Positions 19,044-29,449 of a DNA stretch of 64,000 nt are shown piece after piece. The stretch covers positions 1,248,001-1,312,000 of the forward strand of contig CAXXSR010000001.1 of NCBI GenBank assembly GCA_963662615.2, read 5' to 3'. The DNA is from Dehalococcoidia bacterium (GTDB lineage Bacteria; Chloroflexota; Dehalococcoidia; Bin125). The position numbers and the translations under genes were made by a program. Every line of letters begins with the position of its first letter. Position 1 is the stretch's first letter. Below the pieces are notes generated by a model. The model was not told the DNA's origin, searched no databases, and saw only the letters and a program-made list of their open reading frames with translations.

Positions 19044-20002
19044 CGGCCTTCTCCCTCACCACCGCCGGCTTGGCCTTTCTGCTGGCGCTGGCTATTGGGC
19101 GGCCGCTCATCATCTGGCTGCGTGCGCGTGACATGGGCAAAGCCATCAGTGACGAAGGGCCGGCGACGCATCATCGCAAGGCCGGCACGCCCACCATGGG
19201 CGGCCTCATGATCTTCGTCGTCGTCGCCATCCTGACCCTGGCCACCAACGTGGTTGGACGAGAATCGATCCTGCTGCCGCTAGCTGGAATCGTCGTGCTG
19301 GGCGGGATCGGCGCGCTGGACGACCTGGGCAGCATCGTGGGGCGCGCCCCCGGGGGGCTCAGTTGGCGGCTGAAGGTGGTCCTGCTGCTGCTCTTCGCGC
19401 TGGGGGCGGCGCTGGTCCTGTATTTCGCGCTGGATGTCAAGAGCGTCAACGTGCCCTGGGCCGGCCGGTTCTCCTTGGGTCCCGGCTACATCGTCATCGC
19501 GGTCGTCACCATCTTCGCCACGACCGTCTCCGTCGCCATCTCTGACGGCCTCGACACGCTGGCGGGCGGCACCGTGGCTATCGCCTTCGCTGCCTTCGGC
19601 GTCATCGCGGTCGGGCAGGAGCAGGACTTCTTGGTACGGTTCTGCTTCACGACGGTCGGCGCCGTCCTGGGCTTCCTCTGGTACAACGCGCATCCGGCGC
19701 AGCTCTTCATGGGCGACATGGGCGCGCTGGCGCTCGGCGGCACGCTCGGCATCGTTGCGCTGATGACGGGACACTGGCTGCTGCTGCCCGTGATCGGCAT
19801 CGTCTTCCTGATCGAGGCGCTGAGTGACGTCATTCAAGTCGGCTATTTCAAGCTCTCGGGTGGCAAGCGGGTGTTCCGCATGGCGCCCATTCACAACCAC
19901 TTCGAGCTGATCGGTTGGTCGGAGCCTCAGGTGGTCACCCGATTTTGGCTGCTGGGCATTGCGGGCGCGATCGTGGGCGTGGCCTTGGCGCTGCAGGTCT
20001 AG
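19040..20002 (+). CDS. mraY: Phospho-MurNAc-pentapeptide transferase
   Basis: KAGTPTMGG, DGLD, FMGD, MAPIHNHFE. Confidence 0.97.
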   Translation: MTAFSLTTAGLAFLLALAIGRPLIIWLRARDMGKAISDEGPATHHRKAGTPTMGGLMIFVVVAILTLATNVVGRESILLPLAGIVVLGGIGALDDLGSIVGRAPGGLSWRLKVVLLLLFALGAALVLYFALDVKSVNVPWAGRFSLGPGYIVIAVVTIFATTVSVAISDGLDTLAGGTVAIAFAAFGVIAVGQEQDFLVRFCFTTVGAVLGFLWYNAHPAQLFMGDMGALALGGTLGIVALMTGHWLLLPVIGIVFLIEALSDVIQVGYFKLSGGKRVFRMAPIHNHFELIGWSEPQVVTRFWLLGIAGAIVGVALALQV

Positions 20003-20025
20003 CGGGTTCGCGGAGGTGAAGAGCC

Positions 20026-21480
20026 GTGATGAGCGCACCGTCCACCAAACATGAACCGCGGTCGTTCCGCGGGCTCCGCGCCGGCGTCGTGGGGCTGGGC
20101 CTAGAGGGGCAGGACATCGTGCGCTTCCTGCATCGGGAGGGCGCCACCGAGATCGTGGTCTCGGACCGGAAACCGGCGGACGCGCTGCAAAGCCAAGTCC
20201 AGGCCCTGGCCGGCATCCCCTTCGTCCTGGAGGCCGGCGGCAACGACACGAGCCTGGCCGAGCGTGTCGATGTGCTCTTCGTGAGTCAGGGCGTCCCCGC
20301 GAATCTGCCGCTGCTGCAGGAGGCGCAAGCGCGCGCCCTCCCCGTGACCGCGATGATGCGGCTGTTCCTCCAACGCTGTCCCGCGCCCGTGACGGGCATC
20401 ACGGGGAGCGCCGGTAAGACGACCACGACCGCGCTAGTGGGCGAGATTCTTCGCGCCGCCGGCACTCCGGTGTTTGTGGGCGGCAACATTGGCGTGGGCC
20501 TGCTCGAAGCGCTGCCGCAGATCACAGCGAAGATGACCGTCGTCGTGGAGATCAGTCACACACAGCTGGCGCGCACGGACCGCAGTCCCCACGTGGCCGC
20601 CGTGCTCAACGTGACGCCCAACCACCTTGACCAGTTCCGCTGGGATGCCTACGTGGACCTCAAGCGGAATCTCGTGCGGTACCAAACCACCGACGACATC
20701 GTGGTGCTCCCCATCGACAACGAGACGGCATACGCGCTCGGGGCCGACACGCCTGCGCGGCCGTACTTCTTCGGACTGGAGGCGCTGCCGGGGCCGGGCG
20801 CCACCGTCCGCGACGGCGCCATTGTCTGGGAGCCGGCCGGGGGCGGCGGCGGCTCCCAGAACGTGCTGCCGATCGCTGCCGTGCAACTGCCGGGCGAACA
20901 CAACCTGCGCAACATCCTGGCGGCTGTGGCGATTTGCGGCGCCGGGGGCGCTCCGCCGCAGGCGATGGCCGCCGCGATCGCCGGATTCACGGGCGTTCCC
21001 CATCGCCTCCAAACCGTGGCGGTGGCCGCCGGCGTGCGCTTCGTGGACGACTCCATCGCTACGGCGCCGGAGCGCACCGTGGCCGCCCTCCGCGCGATCG
21101 CGGGGCCAATCGTGCTGCTGCTCGGGGGGCGTGAGAAGCGCCTGCCGCTGCAGCCGCTGGCGCGCGAGGCGCTAGGCACGGTCCGAACGGTCATCTGCTT
21201 CGGCGAGGCCGGCCCTGGCTTCGCCGCATTCCTGCGTGGGGAATGGTCCGGTCGCGCCGACGCGCCGTCGATCCGAGAAACCTCCGACCTGCCCGAGGCC
21301 GTTGAGGTGGCCCGCCGTGCGTCCCAGCCGGGCGATGCCGTCCTCCTCTCGCCGGCCGCCACCTCGTTCGACGCCTATGAGAATTTCGTCGCACGCGGCG
21401 ACCATTTTGCGGCGCTGGTGGCAGCCCTGCCGTCCGCTCGCAGCGGCGCCAGACGGGAGGCCGATGATGGCCCGCGCTGA
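20026..21480 (+). CDS. murD: UDP-MurNAc-L-Ala:D-Glu ligase
   Basis: ITGSAGKTTT, GGNIG, NHLD, HRLQ, DDSIAT, LLSPAATSFD. Confidence 0.96.
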   Translation: MMSAPSTKHEPRSFRGLRAGVVGLGLEGQDIVRFLHREGATEIVVSDRKPADALQSQVQALAGIPFVLEAGGNDTSLAERVDVLFVSQGVPANLPLLQEAQARALPVTAMMRLFLQRCPAPVTGITGSAGKTTTTALVGEILRAAGTPVFVGGNIGVGLLEALPQITAKMTVVVEISHTQLARTDRSPHVAAVLNVTPNHLDQFRWDAYVDLKRNLVRYQTTDDIVVLPIDNETAYALGADTPARPYFFGLEALPGPGATVRDGAIVWEPAGGGGGSQNVLPIAAVQLPGEHNLRNILAAVAICGAGGAPPQAMAAAIAGFTGVPHRLQTVAVAAGVRFVDDSIATAPERTVAALRAIAGPIVLLLGGREKRLPLQPLAREALGTVRTVICFGEAGPGFAAFLRGEWSGRADAPSIRETSDLPEAVEVARRASQPGDAVLLSPAATSFDAYENFVARGDHFAALVAALPSARSGARREADDGPR

Positions 21481-22708
21481 CGTCCTGAGCGTCCCCATCA
21501 TTGGCCGGCGGCGTGAAGAGACGGGCCGACACATCGCCGGCGCGCCCGACTGGCCCCTGATCGCCACGGCTGTCGCGTTGACGCTTCTCGGCCTGATCTT
21601 CGTCTTCAGCTCCTCGTTCGCCGTCGGCGAGCGCCTCCACGGCGACCCGCACCACTTCGCCATCCGGCAGCTCGCCGGCGCCGGGCTGGGCCTTCTGGCG
21701 TTCGTCTTCTTCGCCTCGATCGACTATCGGCGGCTGCGCGCTTGGAGCCCGCTGCTGATGGCGCTGGCCATCCTGGGGTTGCTGGCGGTGCTCGTGCCCG
21801 GCATTGGCGTGGAGCAGAACGGCGCGCGACGCTGGGTGACCGTGGTGGGCTCGCTCCCGCCGGTGCAGCCGTCGGAGTTCGCCAAACTGGCGATCGTGAT
21901 CTACGTGGCCGCCTGGCTGGCCTCGCGGGGCGACGCGATTCGTCACGTCACCCTTGTCGTGGTGCCGTTTTCCATCGTCGTCGGGCTGGTCGGTTTTCTC
22001 ATCATGGCGGAGCCGGATCTGGGCACCGCAATCATGATCTCTCTTCTCGCCGGCGCCATGTTCTTTGTGGCCGGCGCCGCCCTGCGGCACATCTTCGTGC
22101 TGACCGTGCTGGGCGGAAGCGTGCTGTTTGGCATCATTGCCATCTTCGGTTACGGGCTGAACCGCTTCACCCAGTTCATCTCGGCGGAATCCAACCCGGA
22201 AGCGGGCGGCTTCCAAATCCTGCAGCTGCTCATCGCCCTGGGCAGCGGTGGCTTGAGCGGCGTCGGACTGGGCGAGAGCCGGCAGAAGTTCTTCTACGTT
22301 CCCTCCGCCCACACCGACGGCGTCTTCGCCATCATCGGCGAAGAGATCGGCTTCGTCGGCGCCGTGCTCGTCCTTCTCCTGTTTGCGTTCTTTGCCTACC
22401 GCGGCATTCGCACCGCGCAGCGCGCCCCCGACACCTTCGGCGCCCTCCTAGCCACTGGCGTCGTCTGTTGGATCAGCTTGCAGGCGTTCCTCAACATCGG
22501 CGGGATCACCCGCACCATTCCGCTGACCGGCATCCCCTTGCCGTTCGTGTCGTTTGGTGGTTCCGCTCTCGTCGCCACACTCGCGGCGACGGGCCTGTTA
22601 GTCAGCGTCTCTCGCTTCGCTCTACAGGAGGAGCCAAAGGAAAAGAAGCCGCAACAGCGCAAGCGCGACTACGTAGAGCAAGCGCCTCAATGGGAGGAAG
22701 CGGATTGA
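21467..22708 (+). CDS. ftsW: SEDS peptidoglycan polymerase FtsW
   Basis: NGARRW, QPSEFAK, EPDLG, HTDGVFAIIGEE, TGIPLPFVSFGGS. Confidence 0.96.
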   Translation: MARADVLSVPIIGRRREETGRHIAGAPDWPLIATAVALTLLGLIFVFSSSFAVGERLHGDPHHFAIRQLAGAGLGLLAFVFFASIDYRRLRAWSPLLMALAILGLLAVLVPGIGVEQNGARRWVTVVGSLPPVQPSEFAKLAIVIYVAAWLASRGDAIRHVTLVVVPFSIVVGLVGFLIMAEPDLGTAIMISLLAGAMFFVAGAALRHIFVLTVLGGSVLFGIIAIFGYGLNRFTQFISAESNPEAGGFQILQLLIALGSGGLSGVGLGESRQKFFYVPSAHTDGVFAIIGEEIGFVGAVLVLLLFAFFAYRGIRTAQRAPDTFGALLATGVVCWISLQAFLNIGGITRTIPLTGIPLPFVSFGGSALVATLAATGLLVSVSRFALQEEPKEKKPQQRKRDYVEQAPQWEEAD

Positions 22709-22751
22709 TGGGCGGCGTCTGTCGGGGTGTGCAGGCTGCGGAGGGCCTGGA

Positions 22752-23843
22752 ATGAGGCTCCTCTTGGGCGGCGGCGGGAGCGGCGGGCACGTCTTTCCTG
22801 CGCTGGCGGTTGCCAGCGCGCTCAAGGAAGGGATCTCGGAGAGCTTGGATCTGCTGTTCGTGGGAACCGACACCGGCATGGAGGCCGGCTTGGCGCGCGA
22901 GGCCGGCGTGCCCTACCGCGCGGTGGCATCGCGCCCCCTGCGCGGCCGCCTTCCCTTCAGTCAGGCGTGGTCCGCTTTGACCATCGTCGCAGGCGTGTGG
23001 GAGGCGCTTCGCATCACGCGCCGGTTCCGGCCCAACGTCATCTTCGTGACCGGCGGTCACGTCAGCGTGCCCATCGGCATCGCCGCGGCGCTGACACGGC
23101 GGCCCCTCGTCCTCTTCCAGCCCGACGTCGATCCGGGCTGGGCGACCCGCTTGCTGGTCCCCATCGCCACGCGCGTCTGCGCGACCGACGCCGGCTCCCT
23201 CAGGCGGCTGCCCGCGCGCAAATCCGTGGCCACCGGCTATCCCTTGCGCCCCATCTTCTACGATCTTGACCGGCCCATGGCCCGGGCGCGCTTCCAGCTG
23301 AACGGCAGCCCGGCCATCCTCGTGGCCGGCGCCGTCCAGGGGGCGCGCCGCATCAACGACGCAATTGACCGCGACCTGGAGCGCTGGCTCGCCCTCGCCC
23401 AGATCCTGCACGTGACTGGACCTCTCGATGCGCGGCGGATGAACGAGCGCCGCGAGGCCCTGCCGGCGGCCCTGCAGCATCGCTATCAGGTCTATGAGTA
23501 CTTGGGCGATGACTTGCCTGTGGCGATGGCCGCGTGCGACCTGGCGGTGTCCCGAGCGGGCGCCTCCGTACTGGGCGAGTACCCCGCCGCGAAGCTGCCG
23601 GCCATCTTGGTGCCGCTCCCGAGCGCCGGCGCCCACCAGCGCGACAACGCCGCGGTCTTGGAACGGGCCGGCGCGGCCTTGATCGTGGAGGACACAGAGC
23701 TGCCCCAGCGGCTCCTGTCCACGGCCACCGCGCTGCTCGCAGATCGCGCCGGTCTCGAGAAGATGCGTGACAACGCCGCCGCGATCGCGCACCCGGACGC
23801 CGCGCGCCGGATCGCCCAAGTGCTGTGGGAGGTCCGGCGATGA
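22752..23843 (+). CDS. murG: Lipid I GlcNAc transferase
   Basis: GGGSGGHVFP, SRAGAS, HQRDNA. Confidence 0.95.
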   Translation: MRLLLGGGGSGGHVFPALAVASALKEGISESLDLLFVGTDTGMEAGLAREAGVPYRAVASRPLRGRLPFSQAWSALTIVAGVWEALRITRRFRPNVIFVTGGHVSVPIGIAAALTRRPLVLFQPDVDPGWATRLLVPIATRVCATDAGSLRRLPARKSVATGYPLRPIFYDLDRPMARARFQLNGSPAILVAGAVQGARRINDAIDRDLERWLALAQILHVTGPLDARRMNERREALPAALQHRYQVYEYLGDDLPVAMAACDLAVSRAGASVLGEYPAAKLPAILVPLPSAGAHQRDNAAVLERAGAALIVEDTELPQRLLSTATALLADRAGLEKMRDNAAAIAHPDAARRIAQVLWEVRR

Positions 23844-25219
23844 CGGCGCCACAGCACGTGCACTTTGTCGGCATCGGCGGCATCCATATGAGCGCCGTCG
23901 CCGCCATCCTCCTCGCCGACGGCGTCCGCGTCAGCGGATCGGATCTGACCGCCGGCCACCTGGTCGAGGCGCTGCGCGCGGAGGGCGCCCAGATCAACAT
24001 CGGGCATGACGCCGCCCACGGCGCCGGCGCAGACCTCGTGGTTCGCAGCTTCGCCGTCCCAGACGACAACCCCGAAGTTCTCGCGGCGAAGCGGGGCGGG
24101 GTCGAGGTGCTGACGCGCGCGCAGATGGTGGCGCGCATCGCCGCGCCCCGTAGCGCGCTCACCGTGGCCGGCAGCCACGGCAAGAGCACCAGCGCCACCA
24201 TGCTCACCCTGATCCTGCGCGAGGCCGGTCTCGACCCGACCTACATCCTGGGCGCTGAATGCGCCGACCTGGAACAGCACGGGGCCCGGGGGCGGGGCCC
24301 GCACATCGTCCTGGAGGCCGACGAGTACGGCCGCGCCTTCCACGAATACCGACCCGGCGTCGCCGTGATCACCAACGTGGAGCGCGATCACCTGGACTAC
24401 TACGGCACGGACGCGGCCCTGACCGACGCATTTCTTCACTATGCGCAGACGCTCACGCCGGGCGGGTCGCTAATCGTCGGGGCTGAGTCGCCGTGTGCGG
24501 TTCGCGTCGCCGACCGCGCCGCCGCGGACCGCAGCGACGTCAAGGTACAGTCATTCGGGTTAGGCCCGGATCGGGATTGGGGCGCGCTCGATCTGCAGGA
24601 ACAGACCGAGGCGACGGTGTTCCGTCCCGTCCATGAGGAGGAGGAGCTGGGGGTCATCCGCCTTCGCGTTCCCGGCGCGTACAACGTGCGGAACGCCTTG
24701 GCCGCCATGGCGGCCGCGCACGAGGTGGGCGCCGGCTTCGCCGCGGCGCAGCAAGCCTTGGAACACTTCGGCGGCGTCCGTCGTCGCTTCGAGCTGCAAG
24801 GCGAAGCCCGCGGCATCGCCGTCGTGGACGATTACGCCCATCATCCCACGGAGATCGCGGCGACACTCGCGGCAGCGCGTTCGCGCTACCCCGGGCGCCG
24901 GCGCGTAGTTCTCTTTCAGCCCCATACGTACAGCCGCTCGTCCTATCTCCTCGCCGATTTTCGCCGCTGCTTCCACGACGCTGATGCGCTCTTCGTCACC
25001 GATACGTACGCGGCCCGTGAAGAGCCCGGCGCGGGCCTTACCGCCGCGGACCTCGCTGCACAGATCGACGACCCCCAGGCGATCCACGCCGGCTCGCTGG
25101 GTGAGGCGGTGACCCAGGTGGCCAAGGCGCTCCGCGCCGGTGATCTGCTCATCACCATGGGCGCCGGCGACGTGGAGAAGACGGGGCCGCAGGTGCTCGC
25201 ACGGCTGGAGGCCTCATGA
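23840..25219 (+). CDS. murC: UDP-MurNAc:L-Ala ligase
   Basis: HFVGIGGIHMS, GSHGKS, EADE, DDYAHHPTEI, FQPH, MGAGD. Confidence 0.97.
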   Translation: MTAPQHVHFVGIGGIHMSAVAAILLADGVRVSGSDLTAGHLVEALRAEGAQINIGHDAAHGAGADLVVRSFAVPDDNPEVLAAKRGGVEVLTRAQMVARIAAPRSALTVAGSHGKSTSATMLTLILREAGLDPTYILGAECADLEQHGARGRGPHIVLEADEYGRAFHEYRPGVAVITNVERDHLDYYGTDAALTDAFLHYAQTLTPGGSLIVGAESPCAVRVADRAAADRSDVKVQSFGLGPDRDWGALDLQEQTEATVFRPVHEEEELGVIRLRVPGAYNVRNALAAMAAAHEVGAGFAAAQQALEHFGGVRRRFELQGEARGIAVVDDYAHHPTEIAATLAAARSRYPGRRRVVLFQPHTYSRSSYLLADFRRCFHDADALFVTDTYAAREEPGAGLTAADLAAQIDDPQAIHAGSLGEAVTQVAKALRAGDLLITMGAGDVEKTGPQVLARLEAS

Positions 25220-26151
25220 AGCTGGGAGAGGGGCTGCGACGGCTTGCCCACAGCCAGCCGCAGGTCGCGCTGCGGGAGCACGAGCCGTTGGCCAACCACA
25301 CCACGTTTGGCATCGGCGGGCCGGCCGACTATTTCACCACCGCGCACGATGCCTCCACACTGCGGCAGCTCGTTCAGATCGCCCGCGAGGCGGGCGCTCC
25401 GCTCCTGCTCTTGGGCTCTGGCTCCAACATTCTCGTGGGCGATGGCGGCATCCGCGGTCTGGTCGTGGAGAACAAGGTGGCGGCCATCGCCGTGCCGGAC
25501 GTCAGCGGCGACTCCGTCCGCCTGACCGCCGACGCCGGCGTGTCCTTCGCCCACCTCGCCCGCTGGACGGCCCGACGGGGGCTGCGCGGCCTCGAATGGG
25601 CCGCCGGCATTCCCGGGACCCTGGGTGGCGCTGTCGTCTACAACGCCGGCGCCTACGGTGGCTGCTTGGCCGACGTGCTCACCGCGATCCATGCACTGGG
25701 TCCCGACGGCCGCGAGCGCGAACTCCCCGCCGCTGATCTGAGCCTGGCCTACCGCTCCAGCGCCTTCACCCGCGGCCTCTTGCGGGACCGCGTCATCCTG
25801 GACCTCACGTTCGCCCTCCGGCGCGGCGACCCCGAACGGGCGCAGGCGCGAATCCGAGAGCTGGAGACCAAGCGCAAGGCGTCCACTCCCCGCGGACGCA
25901 ACGCCGGCTCGGTCTTCAAGAATCCGCGCCAGCATCCCGCCTGGTGGCTCATGGAACAGGTGGGCTTGCGCGGCCACCGGATTGGCGGCGCCCAGGTCAG
26001 CGAGAGACACGCAAACTACATCCTCAACGTCAACGCCGCCCGCGCTGCGGACGTGGCCGCGCTCCTGGCCTTGGCCCGCCGGCGGGTGCGCGACGCCTAC
26101 GCGATTGAGTTGGACGCGGAAGTGTCGCTAGTAGGGGAGGGGTTCGAATGA
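25216..26151 (+). CDS. murB: UDP-N-acetylenolpyruvoylglucosamine reductase
   Basis: TTFGIGG, GSGSN, IPGTLGGA, NAGAYG, GSVFKNP, HANY. Confidence 0.97.
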   Translation: MKLGEGLRRLAHSQPQVALREHEPLANHTTFGIGGPADYFTTAHDASTLRQLVQIAREAGAPLLLLGSGSNILVGDGGIRGLVVENKVAAIAVPDVSGDSVRLTADAGVSFAHLARWTARRGLRGLEWAAGIPGTLGGAVVYNAGAYGGCLADVLTAIHALGPDGRERELPAADLSLAYRSSAFTRGLLRDRVILDLTFALRRGDPERAQARIRELETKRKASTPRGRNAGSVFKNPRQHPAWWLMEQVGLRGHRIGGAQVSERHANYILNVNAARAADVAALLALARRRVRDAYAIELDAEVSLVGEGFE

Positions 26152-27245
26152 GCACCTCCCGGGCCCGCTTGCAGCTGGCCGTCGTCTTCGGCGGGGCATC
26201 AACGGAGCACGAAATCTCCGTGGGCTCCGCGCGCGCAGTGCTCGCCGCCCTCGATCGCGAGCGCTACGAGCCGATGCCCCTCGGCGTCACGCCCGAGGGG
26301 GTCTGGCTGTCCCCGCCGGAAACGGCGCTCCTGCTGGACACGATCGAAGCCGGCGCGCCTGCGCGTGTCGCCAGCCCCGAAGAGCACGGCCCCCGCATCC
26401 GATCCCAAATCATGGAAGCGCTCGCCGGCGCCGACGTCGTCTTCCCCTTGATTCACGGCCGCGGCGGTGAGGACGGGAGCGTGCAGGGCCTGCTGGAGCT
26501 GGCGGGCCTGCCGTACGTCGGCGCCGGCGTGGCGGCATCGGCAACCGGAATGGACAAGGAACTCACGAAGGCGGTCCTGCTCCGTGCCGGCCTGCCCGTC
26601 CCCGCCTACTGCCGGGTGACTGAGCATGCCTGGCGCGCGGACCCCGGCAGGGTCCTGCAGCAGGTGGCACACCTGCCCTGCCCGCTCTTCGTCAAGCCGG
26701 CCAACGGCGGAAGCAGCGTGGGTACCAGCAAGGTCCGTTCACAGGACGCCATCGCCGCAGCGATCGACGAAGCCCTCCGCCACGATGGCAAGGCGCTGGT
26801 CGAGCAGGCCATCAGCGGGCGCGAGATCGAGTGTGGCGTCCTGGGCAACGCGGCGCCACAGGGGTCGGCGCTGGGGGAGATCCGCTATCGGCGCGAGTTT
26901 TACGACTACATCGCCAAATACGACGATCCCTCCACGGAGCTCATCGTCCCGGCTGATATCCCCGCGCGCGTCGGCCGGCGGATGACGGAGATGGCCTGCG
27001 CCGCCTTCCAGGCGATTGGCTGCGCTGGCATGGCCCGCGTGGACTTCTTCTTGGAAGAGGGCCCGAGCAGCAACGACGGCATCTGGTTGAGCGAGATCAA
27101 CACGATTCCCGGTTTCACCAGCGTGAGCATGTTCCCGCGTGTCTGGGAGGCGGCCGGGCTGTCCTTCCCGGCGCTGATCGATCGGCTCGTGCAACTGGCG
27201 CTGGAACGGCATACGGAGGGACGACAGCGTGCCCGTCGACCCTGA
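26148..27245 (+). CDS. ddl: D-alanine:D-alanine ligase
   Basis: FGGASTEHEIS, HGRGGEDG, GSSVG, FYDYIAKY, EINTIPG. Confidence 0.97.
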   Translation: MSTSRARLQLAVVFGGASTEHEISVGSARAVLAALDRERYEPMPLGVTPEGVWLSPPETALLLDTIEAGAPARVASPEEHGPRIRSQIMEALAGADVVFPLIHGRGGEDGSVQGLLELAGLPYVGAGVAASATGMDKELTKAVLLRAGLPVPAYCRVTEHAWRADPGRVLQQVAHLPCPLFVKPANGGSSVGTSKVRSQDAIAAAIDEALRHDGKALVEQAISGREIECGVLGNAAPQGSALGEIRYRREFYDYIAKYDDPSTELIVPADIPARVGRRMTEMACAAFQAIGCAGMARVDFFLEEGPSSNDGIWLSEINTIPGFTSVSMFPRVWEAAGLSFPALIDRLVQLALERHTEGRQRARRP

Positions 27246-28107
27246 TCCGTCTGAACGAGCGCTCTCCCCGCAAAGCGATCACGCGGCGGCGGCGCCTGTG
27301 AACGAGCCGGGCACGCGCCTGCCGCTCGCGCGCCCGCGCTGGCGCACCCTGATCGCCATCATGGCCGCACTCGCGCTGATCGCCGCCGCGCTGGTCGTCC
27401 TGAGCTCGCCAATGTTGGAGGTGCGGACCGTGAACGTGAGCGGCGCGCAGCACCTTTCCGAGGATGCGCTGGCCCAACTCGCCGGGCTGCGCGGCGAGAA
27501 CATCCTCCTCGCCGACCTGGGTGCGGCGCGGGCGCGCCTCCTCAGCCAACCGCTCGTCAAAGACGCAGCGGTCAGCCGTGAGTGGCCCGACCGCATCGAC
27601 ATCGTCATCCAGGAGCGCGTCCCTTGGGCGCGTTGGCAAGTGGGCGACGAGATCTGGGCCATCGACGCCCAAGGCGTCGTCCTCGAAGGCCGGCAGGCGC
27701 CGGCCGACAGCACCCTGGTTCGCCAGGTTTCGTCGCTGCCGGCGATTCGCGGCGGCGCCCACGTTGACGTTGATGCCGTGGACCTGATCCGCCGTCTTGA
27801 GGAACGCGGCCCGCCTAGTGGCGGGCCGGACATTCTCGCTTTCGAGTGGTCACTGAAGACAGGGCTGACCGTCGTGACCCAGCACGGCCGCGTCACCTTC
27901 GGTGACACCGCCGGTTTCGACTTCAAGTACCAAGTTTGGGAGCAGCTGGAGTGGGAAGCGCGGGGGCGGGGGGAGCCGCTGCTGGACGCCGACCTCCGCT
28001 TCGGCACCCGCCCAGCGGTGGAGATGGGCCTGGGCATGGGCCGGGCCACGCGCATTCTGGAACCGGAGCCGCCGCCCCAACGGACGGCCGCACGGGGAGG
28101 TGACTGA
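27229..28107 (+). CDS. ftsQ: Cell division protein FtsQ/DivIB
   Basis: TM, POTRA-like region (REWPDRIDIVIQER), C-terminal DLRF; between ddl and ftsA. Confidence 0.88.
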   Translation: MPVDPDPSERALSPQSDHAAAAPVNEPGTRLPLARPRWRTLIAIMAALALIAAALVVLSSPMLEVRTVNVSGAQHLSEDALAQLAGLRGENILLADLGAARARLLSQPLVKDAAVSREWPDRIDIVIQERVPWARWQVGDEIWAIDAQGVVLEGRQAPADSTLVRQVSSLPAIRGGAHVDVDAVDLIRRLEERGPPSGGPDILAFEWSLKTGLTVVTQHGRVTFGDTAGFDFKYQVWEQLEWEARGRGEPLLDADLRFGTRPAVEMGLGMGRATRILEPEPPPQRTAARGGD

Positions 28108-29357
28108 TGGCAAAAAGCACTGCGTTTGCCGCGATTGACGTGGGCAGCACCAAGATCGCGACGGTCGTGGGAGACACGAACGATCGCGGCGCGGTGCGCG
28201 TGCAAGGTGTAGGGCTGGCGCCGTCCGCCGGCGTTGAGAAGGGGCAGATCAGCAATATCGCCGAGGCGACGGAGACGATTGGCGCCTCCATCGAAAAGGC
28301 GGAGCGTTCCAGCGGCACGCGCATCCTCTCGGCCGGTGTCAGCCTCTCCGGCGCGCACCTGTCCTGTCTGAACAATCGCGGCATCGTCGCGGTCCCCGAC
28401 GTCGATCGCCCCATCAGCGCCGACGATGCGCAGCGCGTCATTGACGCCGCCCGCACGATCAGCCTGAAGAGCAATCGCGAGATGGTGCACGCCCTGCCGC
28501 GCTACTTCGTGGTGGACGGCCAAGACCGGGTCAGTGACCCGGAGGGGATGCACGGTCAGCGGCTGGACGTGGAGATGCACATCGTCACGGGCGGCGCCAA
28601 CGCCATGCAGAACCTGATGAAGTGCGTGGAGGGAGCCGGCGTCCAGGTCGACACCCTGATCGCCACTCCCGTCGCCACGGCCGCCGCGGTCCTGCAGACG
28701 GACGAGATGCGCGAAGGGGTGGTGCTGCTGGACATCGGCGGTGGCACCACCGACCTCGCCGTCTACCAGGAAGGCTCTATCGTCCACTCCGCCTCCCTGC
28801 CCGTCGGCGGCATCAACGTGACACGTGACCTCGTCGCGGGGTTGCGCTGTGCCTACGCCGTCGCGGAGGAGGCGAAGACCACGCATGGGCACGCGCTCCA
28901 CAGCGCCGTGGACGCGGACCAGACCGTCGCCTTGCGCGCGTTCGGTCAGGACGACCGCAGCGAAGTGCATCGCCAGCTCATCGCCGAGATCGTGGAGGCG
29001 CGCGTGGAGGAGATCCTCTCCATGGCGCTCGTGGAGCTCAAGCACGCCGTCCACATCGACACGATCGCCGCCGGGCTGGTGCTCACGGGCGGCACGGCGG
29101 AGCTGGAAGCCATCTCGACCTTGGCCGAGCAGTTCACCGGCCTGCCCGCTCGCGTCGGCACGGTGGAGGAAGTCTACGGGCTCACCGACCAAGTGTCGGG
29201 ACCCACCTACGTGACCACCCTGGGCCTCCTGCGCTGGATGGCCGACGCCTACGATCCGGCCGGCCAGGCGGTGCGCTTGCGCGTGCCGCGGGCGCCCAGC
29301 GTGCTCAACATGGTGCGAGGCGTGGGCCGCATTGGCCGCGTCTTTCTGCCGCAGTAA
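28107..29357 (+). CDS. ftsA: Cell division protein FtsA
   Basis: IDVGSTK, DIGGGTT, VLTGG and C-terminal amphipathic helix (RGVGRIGRVFLP). Confidence 0.96.
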   Translation: MAKSTAFAAIDVGSTKIATVVGDTNDRGAVRVQGVGLAPSAGVEKGQISNIAEATETIGASIEKAERSSGTRILSAGVSLSGAHLSCLNNRGIVAVPDVDRPISADDAQRVIDAARTISLKSNREMVHALPRYFVVDGQDRVSDPEGMHGQRLDVEMHIVTGGANAMQNLMKCVEGAGVQVDTLIATPVATAAAVLQTDEMREGVVLLDIGGGTTDLAVYQEGSIVHSASLPVGGINVTRDLVAGLRCAYAVAEEAKTTHGHALHSAVDADQTVALRAFGQDDRSEVHRQLIAEIVEARVEEILSMALVELKHAVHIDTIAAGLVLTGGTAELEAISTLAEQFTGLPARVGTVEEVYGLTDQVSGPTYVTTLGLLRWMADAYDPAGQAVRLRVPRAPSVLNMVRGVGRIGRVFLPQ

Positions 29358-29449
29358 GGGGGAATCTCCGCTCGACCGCCGAGGTGCCGGCCGAGCGGTT
29401 CAATGTCCACGCACCCATCTGGTGGTGGGGGAGAAGGGAAGGAAACCGG